Below, one piece after another: positions 51,737 to 63,946 of a stretch of DNA of 64,000 nt. Positions within the stretch are counted from its first letter, which is position 1, and every line of letters begins with the position of its first letter. Below the pieces are notes generated by a model. It made no database searches and was not told the origin of the DNA. It worked only from the letters and a program-made list of their open reading frames with translations. The position numbers were made by a program, and so were the translations under genes. This stretch comes from Octopus bimaculoides (lineage: Eukaryota), in NCBI RefSeq assembly GCF_001194135.2, contig NC_068998.1, positions 36,289,623 through 36,353,622 of the forward strand, given 5' to 3'.

Positions 51737-53403
51737 TGTAGCTACAGTAGTGGTGGGTTAGGTAGCATCGGGGTTTGCAGTTAGTGAGTGAACACTACCA
51801 CTATGTCTAAAATCATGATTATAGCAGCAATGATGGCGAAATCAGCATTGTAATGATGTTTGTAAACATTGTTGCTACCTCGAAGCAACCTCTTTCATCA
51901 ACCACCAATATACCTAAGAATAATTAGTTCTTTGCAATGACGCTGTTCTTTTTCAAAAAGTTTTTGTAGCCAAGAATTTTAATAAAACTTTGAATTGAAA
52001 TCATTTAATCAAATTCTATCTTAGTTTTGCTTCAAATCACTCAACGTTTAAGATAGGAATGCAATTCTTTATACCATTTAGACATTCCATTTTATTTATT
52101 CAATATATTTTCTTTGTATCTTCAACTACTTCACGTCAAGTATATTCCAAATTTTCTGTCTTCTTTCTTATTTCTTATTTGCAATTGTTCCGAATAGCGT
52201 TGTTTGAGACAGAAGACCAGTATTTGCTTGTATTCGGGTCAAGCAATTTACTTAACCTGCAAAGAGGGATAGAATAGTGATAGATGGAGGGAAGAATGAC
52301 TGAAAAATCTGTTCTGTCTATGAAGCAATCATCAGTTATTATACTTTAGGTTTAGAGGCGGTTTTGCTACTGCCAGCGGGTTTACAGAATCCATGATAAC
52401 TATTGTGCTTTCGCGGCTTCCATAATAGAATTTTGCCTTAAAAGAGAGAACCAATGTTTCATGGAACCATAACCATTGGCGTCTTCAGTTCGAAGTTGAA
52501 GTTATAATGTAAATGATACATTATCCTAGGTGGCGCTGTCCACTTTAAGGTCAGCCATTACGAATAAACCTGAAGAACTGAAGAAAGGAAAGACAGAATA
52601 TTCAAGAGTACACAGACAAATCAAGAAAAGATACAAGAAGACAATTCGATGATGGTTTTATAGATTTATCTTGTAACGATTATTATCAAATGGAGAAAGA
52701 AAGGTACAATAGGAAGAAAAAATACGTTCTGATGATAGAGTTTAACTTAAATATTAATATACGCTTTAGACATTTGTTTTTAAAACCAAGTAACGCTGTT
52801 AGATATTTTAAGAATTCAGGAATTATCGTGGATTCTTCTAATATATAAAAGCGTAGGTCTTAATGTAGCTTGAAAGAAATTATATATATTGATAATAAAC
52901 TATCTTTACAACGGTCATGAAAAATAATTTGCAACACAGCTCCACATACCATACGCTCTTGAAAATCAAACGTGAAACCGGTTAAGAAGTGTATGTATGT
53001 ATGTATGTATGTATATGTATGAATCCCTCTCTCTCTCACTTTCCCTCTCTCTCTCAATTTCCCTCTCTCTCTCACTTCCCCTCTCTCTCTCNNNNNNNNN
53101 NNNNNNNNNNNNNNNNNNNNNNNNNNNNNNNNNNNNNNNNNNNNNNNNNNNNNNNNNNNNNNNNNNNNNNNNNNNNNNNNNNNNNNNNNNNNNNNNNNNN
53201 NNNNNNNNNNNNNNNNNNNNNNNNNNNNNNNNNNNNNNNNNNNNNNNNNNNNNNNNNNNNNNNNNNNNNNNNNNNNNNNNNNNNNNNNNNNATATATATA
53301 TATATACACTCATGCATACATACACATATATGCATACACATATGTAGTTTAAAATTCAAACATATTCTGCATGCGTTTTTCACCGTTTTATTTCATTTCT
53401 CTA

Positions 53404-54817
53404 CTACTTGTTTAGATTAATAACGATTTCTCCTTCTCTTAGAATATATAATAATTTCTTAAGTAACCAGAAGATGGGTTTGTTATTAATCTCTATTTTG
53501 TACAGCGGCCGTTTCGACCCATTCTGCTACTGTCACTTATGGGTAGGATTTCGTTCATCATATTGTGTTGCATCCATTTTGCAGTCTTGGTTTCATCAGG
53601 TACATCCACACATAGAGTTTTTTTAGCATGGATAGTTGCTAGACGGTTCGCCAGATCTCTATTTGAGACGCGAACTGCCATGTATTTTCTTTTTCCTTTC
53701 TGGCTTTCTCGCCTTTTTAAATTTTCGCGGTTCTATCTTTTCTTTTTCTTTTTCAGGGGAATGTAGCTTCATTTCTTTAATGTTCTGTACAAGAGACCAC
53801 CCCTCCCCTTCTTTTTCTTCTGGCATTCGTGCTACTTGTGTCGACGTCGCTGGTTCGTTCTCTGCTGGTTCCTTCTCCGTCGCTTCTTTCTTCTTCTCGG
53901 GCTCTTTGGGCTTGCAATCCGCCCTGAGGTAGCCCTTCTTGCCACACTGGAAGCATCGAGGCTGGCGACCCTCTACCATCACTACCGGACGGGTCTCACC
54001 AACCTCGATGATTTCGGTGATTTCTTCCAGTGTGGTCTGTATAATTATACGGCCTGTATAATTATACGGAGGCTTTGACCGTGCCAGTTACGTGGCTCCA
54101 TCAAGGCAGCGTCTAATACTGTTATCTTTCCTTCAAGGCCCATCGTTACTGCCGCGACGAGCTACTCTGGGTCTACCTCAAGGGGAATATTATTGATGGT
54201 GATTCTAGAAGTCTTTCTACTCATGTATATGGGCAGAAGTACTATTTCTTCTGTCTTTAAGGGGTCTACTGAATGGAGCCGGGCTTCCTCTTTCGACTCC
54301 ATTCTGACCTCAACTGTTGCATACCGTCTTCCTCTCGTAATATATTTTATTTTGTGCCATATAGACTTGAGACATTTTTCTATTTCAGCCTTCACCACGT
54401 AGTTAATTTTTTTCCTTAACTTTGTAAGTTTAAAAAATTAGTGTTCTTTTTTCTAGTTCTTCTTGAATACTCTTTGGAGGGGTCACTTTGATTCCATGCC
54501 CCTCCCTTGTTAACATTTGTATATGTTCTTCCATGTTTGATAAATTATTTTTTTTTACTTTTGCTCCCGCCGCAGCGGCGAAGTCAAGTTTTTTCTTTGC
54601 CTTTTCCTTTTTTCTCTTCTACTTTCTCTTTAGTTAGCCGACTTGGTACTTCAATATTGTTTCTCGATGTTGACGGTTTTATTGGTTATTTTTTTTCCGG
54701 TGGGCTATTCCTTCTCATTCTTCGACTCTCTTCGGCAGAATCTTCCTTAAGACGTGATTCTACAATCACTCCCATAAACTCCTCCACCTCGACGTCTTGC
54801 TTTTTTGGACTAGCCAT
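53404..54817 (-). pseudogene. Gag/ORF1-like unit B (RRM-like region plus one zinc knuckle), disabled, no ORF2
   Basis: KYITRGRRYATVEVRMESKEEA, IVLLPIY, VEGRQPRCFQCGKKGYLRADC, then a charged region. Several stops and frameshifts. Confidence 0.75.
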
Positions 54818-55366
54818 AATGCTGGCGGCTCTTCCACACGGGGAAAAAAAACAACAACAATTGTTTTAACAAACAATCAGCAACAATATTCAATATATGT
54901 TCAATGATGACAAATTAACTTTAACAACCCACCTCTTCAAACACAGCAACAAATCCAACAAGGCGCAAAAATACAACACAGCAAAAATATCCGAAGCGAA
55001 CGTTTCGTTGCATTTTTTAATTACCTATGAAAGGCGTACATCGAAATCATCAAGACAAATACGATACACAAAGGCAATACACGACAAGACATACATAGAA
55101 TCGGGAAACTAAAATTATAAAATAGAAATTTGTGCAAAGAAGCGAAAATTAAAAGAAACGAATGAATTGTGAAAAGATGAGATAATGAAGGGGAATGCCC
55201 ACTCGACCCCCGAAGTCGAGTGGTTATATTTGGACAGTTTTTCTCTTCTTTTTCCCCCTCGTTCTTTTTTTTTTTCCACAACACATATATTCTCAAAAAA
55301 AAAGTTCACAATTTTCTTCTTAATAGAAATAGTTTACATTTGTTTTCCTTTTTTTTCCGAGAATGT

Positions 55367-56654
55367 TCATAATGAATTAATTACCTTGTTCCTGAAATTC
55401 TCGATCCTTGTATAAACCACAACCGGTGGCTTTCCATTAAAGTACAACGGCCCGTTACACCTTGTGATAAAATCTCTGCAATACAACCATAGATTGTCGC
55501 TCATTTCCTCATTCACCATTACACACCTTTTTCTTCTCCGAACCTCCCCTTAGGTAGCTTCACTCTAATTGAATTCTTCCACTTCGATATTCTTTTCCCT
55601 ATCTCTATGGATTTCGTATAAAAAATCATAGTTCTTTTATGCTCGCTGGACAGAGATCGCCGCAAGATCGTATGCAAATTCAGGCGGCTCTTTATCTTTT
55701 TTGTTCGCCTTCCCTTCTTCTTCTGTCGCTCCCTGTAATACTTCCCTTGATCTCGCTTTCTTCCTTTTCTAGGGGCTGACGAACCCGTCGTCATTCCCCT
55801 CTTTTGCCGCTTTCGTTTTTTTCCCTCTCTCTCTCTTCCCTCTCTTGCTCATGGTTCTTAGTTTTTATCTTTTCCATTTCTGTCTCCATCCTTCCTTCCG
55901 TCTCCCTTTCTCCTTCTATTTCCTCCTTATCAGTCTGCTTATTTTTATATAAGGGGCACTTCAATTTCATGTACCCCCTTTCACTGCAGATGTAGCAATT
56001 GGGTCTGCGACCCTCTACTCTCACTTTCAAGGAATTTTCCTTTTCAATTTCTGCTTGGTAGGGAAGCCTCTCTATATCTTCAAATATGGCGAGGAGCCAC
56101 ATCTCCACTCCGCTTCCCTACCAATTCAACATATTCGTTCTTCCAACATCTATGAACTCCAGCTTATCCTCGGTGATCGCTAGAATGGCCGCTGCCAACC
56201 ACTCCGTTTTAGTTTCAGGCGGCACCCTAGCTATCCTGAACCGGACTCAGCGCCTTCCCTTCTAAGTGGGTAATAGCACTACCTTTTCCGATCTCAGGAC
56301 AGCGGTGGAGTGTGAAGCCGCCTCTTCTTTGGTTGCAAGCCTCAGCTCCACTGTGCCATACCTCCTTCTTCTGCTCACGAATGTTGCCTTTTGCATGATA
56401 TCCCCTAGGCACTCCTCCACGTCTTCTTCCGATAGTTTCTCAATTTTATTTGTGGCGACCGCTTGCGTGCGGTACACCACCGTTTTCTCACTTTTCTCTT
56501 CGATTGACTCTTGTGGGGGGAACAGCTTGATTGCGCCTTTCTCTTTCTTCACCAGACACAACCCTTTCGATATTTCCTCTTTATCCATTTGTACCCACCT
56601 GGCTTCCAACGGTGTAGCTGCCTTTGCCGCAGCAGTTTTCGCGTATCTTTCCAT
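55367..56654 (-). pseudogene. Gag/ORF1-like unit A, diverged paralogue of unit B, no ORF2
   Basis: TFVSRRRRYGTVELRLATKEEA, VVLLPT*, VRVEGRRPNCYICSERGYMKLKC. Colinear with unit B across in-frame stops. Confidence 0.75.
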
Positions 56655-56929
56655 AATGCTACGCTCTTCCTCACCCCTAAATGGGGAGAAAAGGAATCAA
56701 AACATCAGCAGTAAGTAACAACACGCGTGAGACGCTTCAACAATAAAATCAACAGTAATAGTAACAACAACTCTCACCTTCTTCTCATAAAAAATTACAC
56801 TGAAATTCACAGGATTCGAAGCGAACGTTTCATTGTCTTTTTTTATTTCCCATACCGGGACACACAAAAGGGACAATACAATAAAACATGTGGGAAATAA
56901 AACATATAAAATAAAACAAATATGTATGA

Positions 56930-57870
56930 TATAATGCAGAGCTGGTAATTGCAGACTCGTGTGAGTTCGGAGGGATCCTGTCAATGATACTCCATTTAAT
57001 GTTGGGGAATTCATTCCGATGGCTACGGAGTTTCCAGATGAAATGGGATAGATAGATGAAATTTTTTCTATCTTTGCACCCGAAGAAGCGCATATTCTGT
57101 GTATACCTTCACTTGAAGTCATTGGTTGTCACGCCCATGTAGTGTCTTATAATGCCACTAAATGGTGTGAGGGTGATTCTCTAGACCACAGCCTTGAGAT
57201 GCAAAATCTTCCCAGTGAGTAGCCGGTAAGATTTCGGCAGTTACAGTTCGGTGTGTTTTGGAGGCGTATTTACGACTGTTGTTGTGTGCAATGTTAAACA
57301 TGATATTGTTTAGGAATGAGTAACTGACCTTGACGGTGTGGGGGTTGAAAAGATTACAACAATTATAGGTTCTGGGGAAATGTTTCGAAATTAGCACTTG
57401 AAAGCTCCAAACTATGTTGGCTGAGACTTCTTGGTTAAATGGAGGATTTAACCAGCTTGTCTTTAATTTTATGATTATCATCGGGTTCGGAGATGGGGGT
57501 GGCATGTCCTCAGTATATATACTAATTTCTCAGTGAAATTATTTCCTGCTAATGTCTAATTATAATGGGAGCTGCACTATTGAAGCCTAACCGCTGATAG
57601 GTTAGGGATTCTTCTAGTTACGCATGTGAATAGGTTTCTAATTATACCAGGAGGTGGGAGTGAAAGAATTTTCTACGAATTTACACAGTTTCCATTTTGA
57701 GGATTCCTGTAAGGGTGGTACTTGCCAATTTTCAGGTCTAGGGTTACGTTCAGGAAGTCGATATTTGTCAAATTGGTAATGAGTATTATTTGAAGTTCTT
57801 GATCGAATCATTTGCGTCTAGATTTGTCAAGTGAGTGACTTAATATGAAGCCGTATGCTAAATTGAAAAC
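56930..57870 (-). mobile_element. Penelope-like element fragment (RT C-terminus plus GIY-YIG endonuclease)
   Basis: TNLTNIDFLNVTLDL..YHPYR, FNSAAP, WLNPPFNQEVS, KHFP..FNPHTVKVSYS, YMGVTTNDFK*RY, LSHFIWKL..IKWSIIDR. Confidence 0.88.
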
Positions 57871-58454
57871 AAATTACAATGTAGAAGAACAATTTTTACC
57901 CATTTCACAACTCAAAATCTGTCACTTTCAATTTCGTTTGTTTCTTATTAATATCAGCTATCTGCCATAAAGTATTAAAAAGTTTAGCCGTTTTCTGCAT
58001 TCTAGTTCGCTGACCTATACGATTCAGTCGTATCAGTTGAAAATCAATTACTGGCAAGTTTTATAAGGCTTGAGGGTTTTTCGTTCTTTCGGATTTTCTT
58101 TTCTCAGTTTTTCCATTTTCTTTTCACTTTTTCTCTTGATAGCTGTATTAATATTTAATCTTGAGTGTAGTTAATATCAGTTTAATATATCAAGTAATCA
58201 TTTTATATTTTGGTCACTTTTCCATTTTTGTGTGTCAGTGAATCTATTTCTTTTTTGTATGATATCGCATTCGTGGTTCTTTTATATTGTCTACCTTTGA
58301 ATTTGGGACTTGCGGGTTTTTGCACCTTTTAAATTCAATTGCTCTTTGCTTGTCTTTTCCCTTTCTCTCCGACATTACAGTTTGCTATCTTTTCATACAT
58401 ACATACATACATACATACATACGTATATACACACACATACACACATATGTATAT

Positions 58455-58506
<52 letters not shown>

Positions 58507-60239
58507 NNNNNNNNNNNNNNNNNNNNNNNNNNNNNNNNNNNNNNNNNNNNNNNNNNNNNNNNNNNNNNNNNNNNNNNNNNNNNNNNNNNNNNNNNNNNNN
58601 NNNNNNNNNNNNNNNNNNNNNNNNNNNNNNNNNNNNNNNNNNNNNNNNNNNNNNNNNNNNNNNNNNNNNNNNNNNNNNNNNNNNNNNNNNNNNNNNNNNN
58701 NNNNNNNNNNNNNNNNNNNNNNNNNNNNNNNNNNNNNNNNNNNNNNNNNNNNNNNNNNNNNNNNNNNNNNNNNNNNNNNNNNNNNNNNNNNNNNNNNNNN
58801 NNNNNNNNNNNNNNNNNNNNNNNNNNNNNNNNNNNNNNNNNNNNNNNNNNNNNNNNNNNNNNNNNNNNNNNNNNNNNNNNNNNNNNNNNNNNNNNNNNNN
58901 NNNNNNNNNNNNNNNNNNNNNNNNNNNNNNNNNNNNNNNNNNNNNNNNNNNNNNNNNNNNNNNNNNNNNNNNNNNNNNNNNNNNNNNNNNNNNNNNNNNN
59001 NNNNNNNNNNNNNNNNNNNNNNNNNNNNNNNNNNNNNNNNNNNNNNNNNNNNNNNNNNNNNNNNNNNNNNNNNNNNNNNNNNNNNNNNNNNNNNNNNNNN
59101 NNNNNNNNNNNNNNNNNNNNNNNNNNNNNNNNNNNNNNNNNNNNNNNNNNNNNNNNNNNNNNNNNNNNNNNNNNNNNNNNNNNNNNNNNNNNNNNNNNNN
59201 NNNNNNNNNNNNNNNNNNNNNNNNNNNNNNNNNNNNNNNNNNNNNNNNNNNNNNNNNNNNNNNNNNNNNNNNNNNNNNNNNNNNNNNNNNNNNNNNNNNN
59301 NNNNNNNNNNNNNNNNNNNNNNNNNNNNNNNNNNNNNNNNNNNNNTACATACATACATACATACGTATATACACACACATGCAAGCACGCACTCATTCAC
59401 ACGCACATACACGCACATGTGAGTATTACCTTGGAAAATTTCCACAACTGCGCTTTATGGGTAGTTTCGTCCTATGCTTTATGACAATATTCCCATGATC
59501 ATTTGCAGCCTACCGGAAAGCGCTCGATCAGAATACTATCATATCCACTCCTTCAATCTGATGATGAGACTCTGGAGGTTTTGAAACGTTAAGAGATTAA
59601 GAGATTAAAGAACACTTATTATTCCAAATTAAATGTGAATTGCTCATAAAGAAATATTGTAAATCTTTTATAGAAATTATCAGACACCAACATAGTGGTG
59701 TCTTGAATTTAGCATATTAAAAATGGCTGAAAATAATACTGGAATGTTTCAGTCAGTTCCATGTCAGTGCTCCAACACATTGTAACATGGTTATACAAAT
59801 TGAACAGTAATTACCATCTCAGAATTAGAAATCTTAAAGATATCAAAGAATTATCAAGAGCAATCTTCTATCGATTCATACTTAAAATTTGTTAAACATA
59901 CTTCGCGCATTCCACGATTATTCAAGTACTTTGGCAGGAGAGAATAAAATATACCTTTCCCCGCAAAATGTGCAGATCTGTGTGTTGTGTCTGGCAAAAT
60001 CGGTAGAGTATCGAACGATTTGCCTTGCGTATTAATGTTCAAATCCAGCTGAGGTCGTTCAGATATAAACTACTGTGGATTTTTTTTTTTGTTTAACCCT
60101 TAGAATTAAATGGTTTTGATGTACTGTCAGGTGACTTTTGGCCAACCCTGTATACAAATATAAAGGAAACACCCCAGAGAAAAATGGTCACGTGAGTTTG
60201 TCTACACAGTAGTATTTTTACATTGATACATGTTTTACA

Positions 60240-60850
60240 TTTTACTACTTTACTTCTTTCAGTGATTGGACTGCGGTCATGTTGGGGGCACCGCACCGCC
60301 TTGAAGAGTTTTTTAGTCGAGTGAATTGATCCCAGTACTTATTTTTTAAAAGTCTGCTACTATGTCACGTTCAAATTCTGTTGTCTATTCAAATTTTGTT
60401 GTCTGCGCCCTCTGAGTGGCGGATTAGGTATGCCGTGGCTCCTAATGCGCAGACACGCTCCTATGTTACGCCACCTGCAATGATTTCTGGACAGTGAGCG
60501 TGTGTGGGCTCCGTTTGTGAAGCTCATCTTTCCGCAGCTCGTCTCCTTGACGGAGTTGCAATCCTGGGTGAAGAAAAGACCGCGGCTGGGCGTCTAGCAC
60601 TTAGAATGTTGTCAGGCGCTCACAGCCATCAGTCTATTTTGTTGAACCGATAATTTGTGGGGCAGTAAACACACTAACGCCGATTGTCAAGCGGCAGTGG
60701 AGGACAGATACAGACAGAAAGACACACATACACATATAAATATACGGCTGGCTTCTTTCAGTTTCCGTCTGCCAAATCCATTCACAAGGCTTGGTCAGTC
60801 CGATGCTATAGTAGAAGAAATTTTCCAAAGGTGCCACACAGTGAGACTCT
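60240..60850 (-). mobile_element. SINE S1 interrupted by a Tx1 fragment
   Basis: Halves 60240-60361 and 60628-60850 are contiguous in the family consensus. Confidence 0.8.
60362..60627 (+). mobile_element. Internal Tx1/L1 ORF2 fragment inserted in a SINE
   Basis: RPLSGGLGMPWLLMRRHA..LRHLQ..WAPFVKLIFPQL; GC-rich; flanked by contiguous halves of a SINE. Confidence 0.6.
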
Positions 60851-60859
60851 CTCTACCGC

Positions 60860-60907
<48 letters not shown>

Positions 60908-61003
60908 NNNNNNNNNNNNNNNNNNNNNNNNNNNNNNNNNNNNNNNNNNNNNNNNNNNNNNNNNNNNNNNNNNNNNNNNNNNNNNNNNNNNNNNNNNNNN
61001 NNN

Positions 61004-61044
<41 letters not shown>

Positions 61045-61049
<5 letters not shown>

Positions 61050-61330
61050 TTTTTATTGACCTCTCAGAGAAGATTGAAAGAGAAAGTCGACCTGGGTAGG
61101 ATTTGTAATTAAACATAAAAAGACGATACGAAACACTGCAAGCCAATTTGTCTGCCACGTTTCTGATCCAGCAATCCACCGCCCGAGGTCACACAATTTC
61201 CGAGAGGCTACAAGCAATTAAGTCGAAGCCAGTACACATCTACTGGTACTTAGTTTATCGATTCCTGAAAGATAAGCCGTAAAATTGACATAGACAAGAA
61301 TTTGAACTGAGATACTGACATCGAAAAAGG
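61045..61330 (-). mobile_element. Two diverged SINE S2 fragments
   Basis: aaagtcgacctgggtaggattt and actggtacttagtttatcga...gaatttgaact. Confidence 0.6.
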
Positions 61331-61634
61331 CAAATAACTGAAAGTCGCAAGACAGTAAAATCAGGTATTTTTATATTTTGTCAACCATAGATATAAACGA
61401 TTTTTGTCTTTTTTCCCCTCTCACACAATGGAGTTGCTTGATATAATTGACAACTCAACAAATTTACATGTTATCATATTGATGTACCTTTTCCTTAACC
61501 CTTCCTTCCTTCCTTCCTCCCTTTGTTTCTTTGCTTTTGTAATCAATTTTTCTCTGATAAAATTTTTCGTTTCGTACTGTTTCATTTTATTCATTCCTGT
61601 TGTATTTTCTTTTAAAATGCTCACTGTCGTTCTT

Positions 61635-61711
61635 GCTGCTGCTGCTGCTGTTCATCCTCCCCCTCCTCCTCCTCCTCCTCCTCCTCCTCCTCCTCCTCCT
61701 CCTCCTCCTCC

Positions 61712-61764
<53 letters not shown>

Positions 61765-61850
61765 TTCTTCTTCTTCTTCTTCTTCTTCTTCTTCTTCTTC
61801 TTCTTCTTCTTCTTCTTCTCCTTCTCCTTCTCCTTCTTCTTCTTCTTCTC
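61635..61850. repeat. Compound trinucleotide run (GCT)(CCT)(CAT)(CTT)
   Basis: Direct. Confidence 0.95.
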
Positions 61851-61854
61851 AAAC

Positions 61855-62502
61855 ATGAAGGAACTTAAGCTGTCCGATGAGCCCGAGCAGATGTGTGCGA
61901 CTTTTCAGCAGCACTTGGCACAGCTGTTTGGGGAGAGCAATGGGTCGACGACGGTAGTGGACGTCCTGCCGCGTCTCTCGGCAGCTGACGCGAGGTTGTG
62001 TGAAAGGCCGATAACAGCCGCTGAAATTCGGGAGACGAGCTATTGCACAAGTCACAGATCGCTCCGTTTGGATGGTCTACCCTATGAATTCTATGTATTC
62101 ATGCCAGATATGTTTGGCGACCTCTTGGCAGACGTCTACCCCACCTGGCAACAAAGCGGGAGAATTCCTAGTGCTGTCATCTGGGGTGTGGTGACACTGC
62201 TGACGAACAGCGCCGACAATGAGGACGTACTAAGGAATTTTTGGCCCATAACTATCGGAACCGTTTAACATCGCACGCTTGGTTCGTCAGGGCTGCCCAC
62301 TGTCGCCTCTTCAATACATACTGGCACTCGAGCCACTGCTGCGGAAGGTGGAACAGTTAAGGGACATCCCTTTCGAACTGGGACACGGATGGGCAGTGTC
62401 GGCATACGTGGGCGACGTCACTGTCATGGTGTCAGACGCCTCCGCAGTGGAGACGGTCAGCACCACCCTAAAGGAATATGAGTTGGTTCAATGGGCTAAA
62501 AT
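61855..62502 (+). mobile_element. Tx1/L1-clade RT fragment with an internal deletion
   Basis: LPRLS..LCERPITAAEI, DGLPYEFY, GVVTLL, NFWPIT, VRQGCPLSPLQYILALEPLLRK, SAYVGDVTV. Confidence 0.85.
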
Positions 62503-63362
62503 NNNNNNNNNNNNNNNNNNNNNNNNNNNNNNNNNNNNNNNNNNNNNNNNNNNNNNNNNNNNNNNNNNNNNNNNNNNNNNNNNNNNNNNNNNNNNNNNNN
62601 NNNNNNNNNNNNNNNNNNNNNNNNNNNNNNNNNNNNNNNNNNNNNNNNNNNNNNNNNNNNNNNNNNNNNNNNNNNNNNNNNNNNNNNNNNNNNNNNNNNN
62701 NNNNNNNNNNNNNNNNNNNNNNNNNNNNNNNNNNNNNNNNNNNNNNNNNNNNNNNNNNNNNNNNNNNNNNNNNNNNNNNNNNNNNNNNNNNNNNNNNNNN
62801 NNNNNNNNNNNNNNNNNNNNNNNNNNNNNNNNNNNNNNNNNNNNNNNNNNNNNNNNNNNNNNNNNNNNNNNNNNNNNNNNNNNNNNNNNNNNNNNNNNNN
62901 NNNNNNNNNNNNNNNNNNNNNNNNNNNNNNNNNNNNNNNNNNNNNNNNNNNNNNNNNNNNNNNNNNNNNNNNNNNNNNNNNNNNNNNNNNNNNNNNNNNN
63001 NNNNNNNNNNNNNNNNNNNNNNNNNNNNNNNNNNNNNNNNNNNNNNNNNNNNNNNNNNNNNNNNNNNNNNNNNNNNNNNNNNNNNNNNNNNNNNNNNNNN
63101 NNNNNNNNNNNNNNNNNNNNNNNNNNNNNNNNNNNNNNNNNNNNNNNNNNNNNNNNNNNNNNNNNNNNNNNNNNNNNNNNNNNNNNNNNNNNNNNNNNNN
63201 NNNNNNNNNNNNNNNNNNNNNNNNNNNNNNNNNNNNNNNNNNNNNNNNNNNNNNNNNNNNNNNNNNNNNNNNNNNNNNNNNNNNNNNNNNNNNNNNNNNN
63301 NNNNNNNNNNNNNNNNNNNNNNNNNNNNNNNNNNNNNNNNNNNNNNNNNNNNNNNNNNNNNN

Positions 63363-63862
63363 GATTGGGACAGTGATATCAATGAGGCGGCATGATTTTT
63401 CTCTGAAGTTTTTCAATACAATGTCTGGCCTATTCGCATCTGTCAGTTTAAATGGTGAAGTTCCAGAAGAGTGCGATGTGATCATTTTCAAGCACTGGAG
63501 ATGGTTTGTGTTCCCACCAGTTTTTATTATGTGACAGGTCCAGGTTGTTGCAAATTTCCCAGTGAATATATTGTGCTGCTCTATCATGCCTGTTGAGATA
63601 CTCTGTAGGCACAAGAAAACTGCGCGTGGAGACAACATTGAGACAACCGTTCTTTAATATGTTGGCCTGGTAGTTTCTTGTCGGTAGGCATTGATCTTGG
63701 GCTGGTATGATAAACCCTTGTTTCTGATTTTAAGCCAGAAGCCACTAACCATTGATGGGTAAGGGCTTTGTTAACATTGGCACTATTAGCTCTCTTTGGG
63801 TATTTGCCATTAAGAGGTTTTTCTTGCTATTTATCAGTAAGAATATCTAAGGCAACAGTTAT
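63363..63862 (-). mobile_element. 5'-truncated Dong/R4 LINE inserted at (AAT)n
   Basis: THQWL..GLKSETKGF..AQDQCLPTRNY, YLNRHDRAAQYIHW, WWEHKP, NRPDIVLKN..LIDITVP; begins right after (AAT)n on the minus strand. Confidence 0.88.
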
Positions 63863-63869
63863 TATTATA

Positions 63870-63946
<77 letters not shown>

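Noticed and set aside
60120-60152. Tc1/mariner-like terminus ...ttttggccaaccctg|TA
   Set aside because: No partner TIR or transposase motif recognised nearby.
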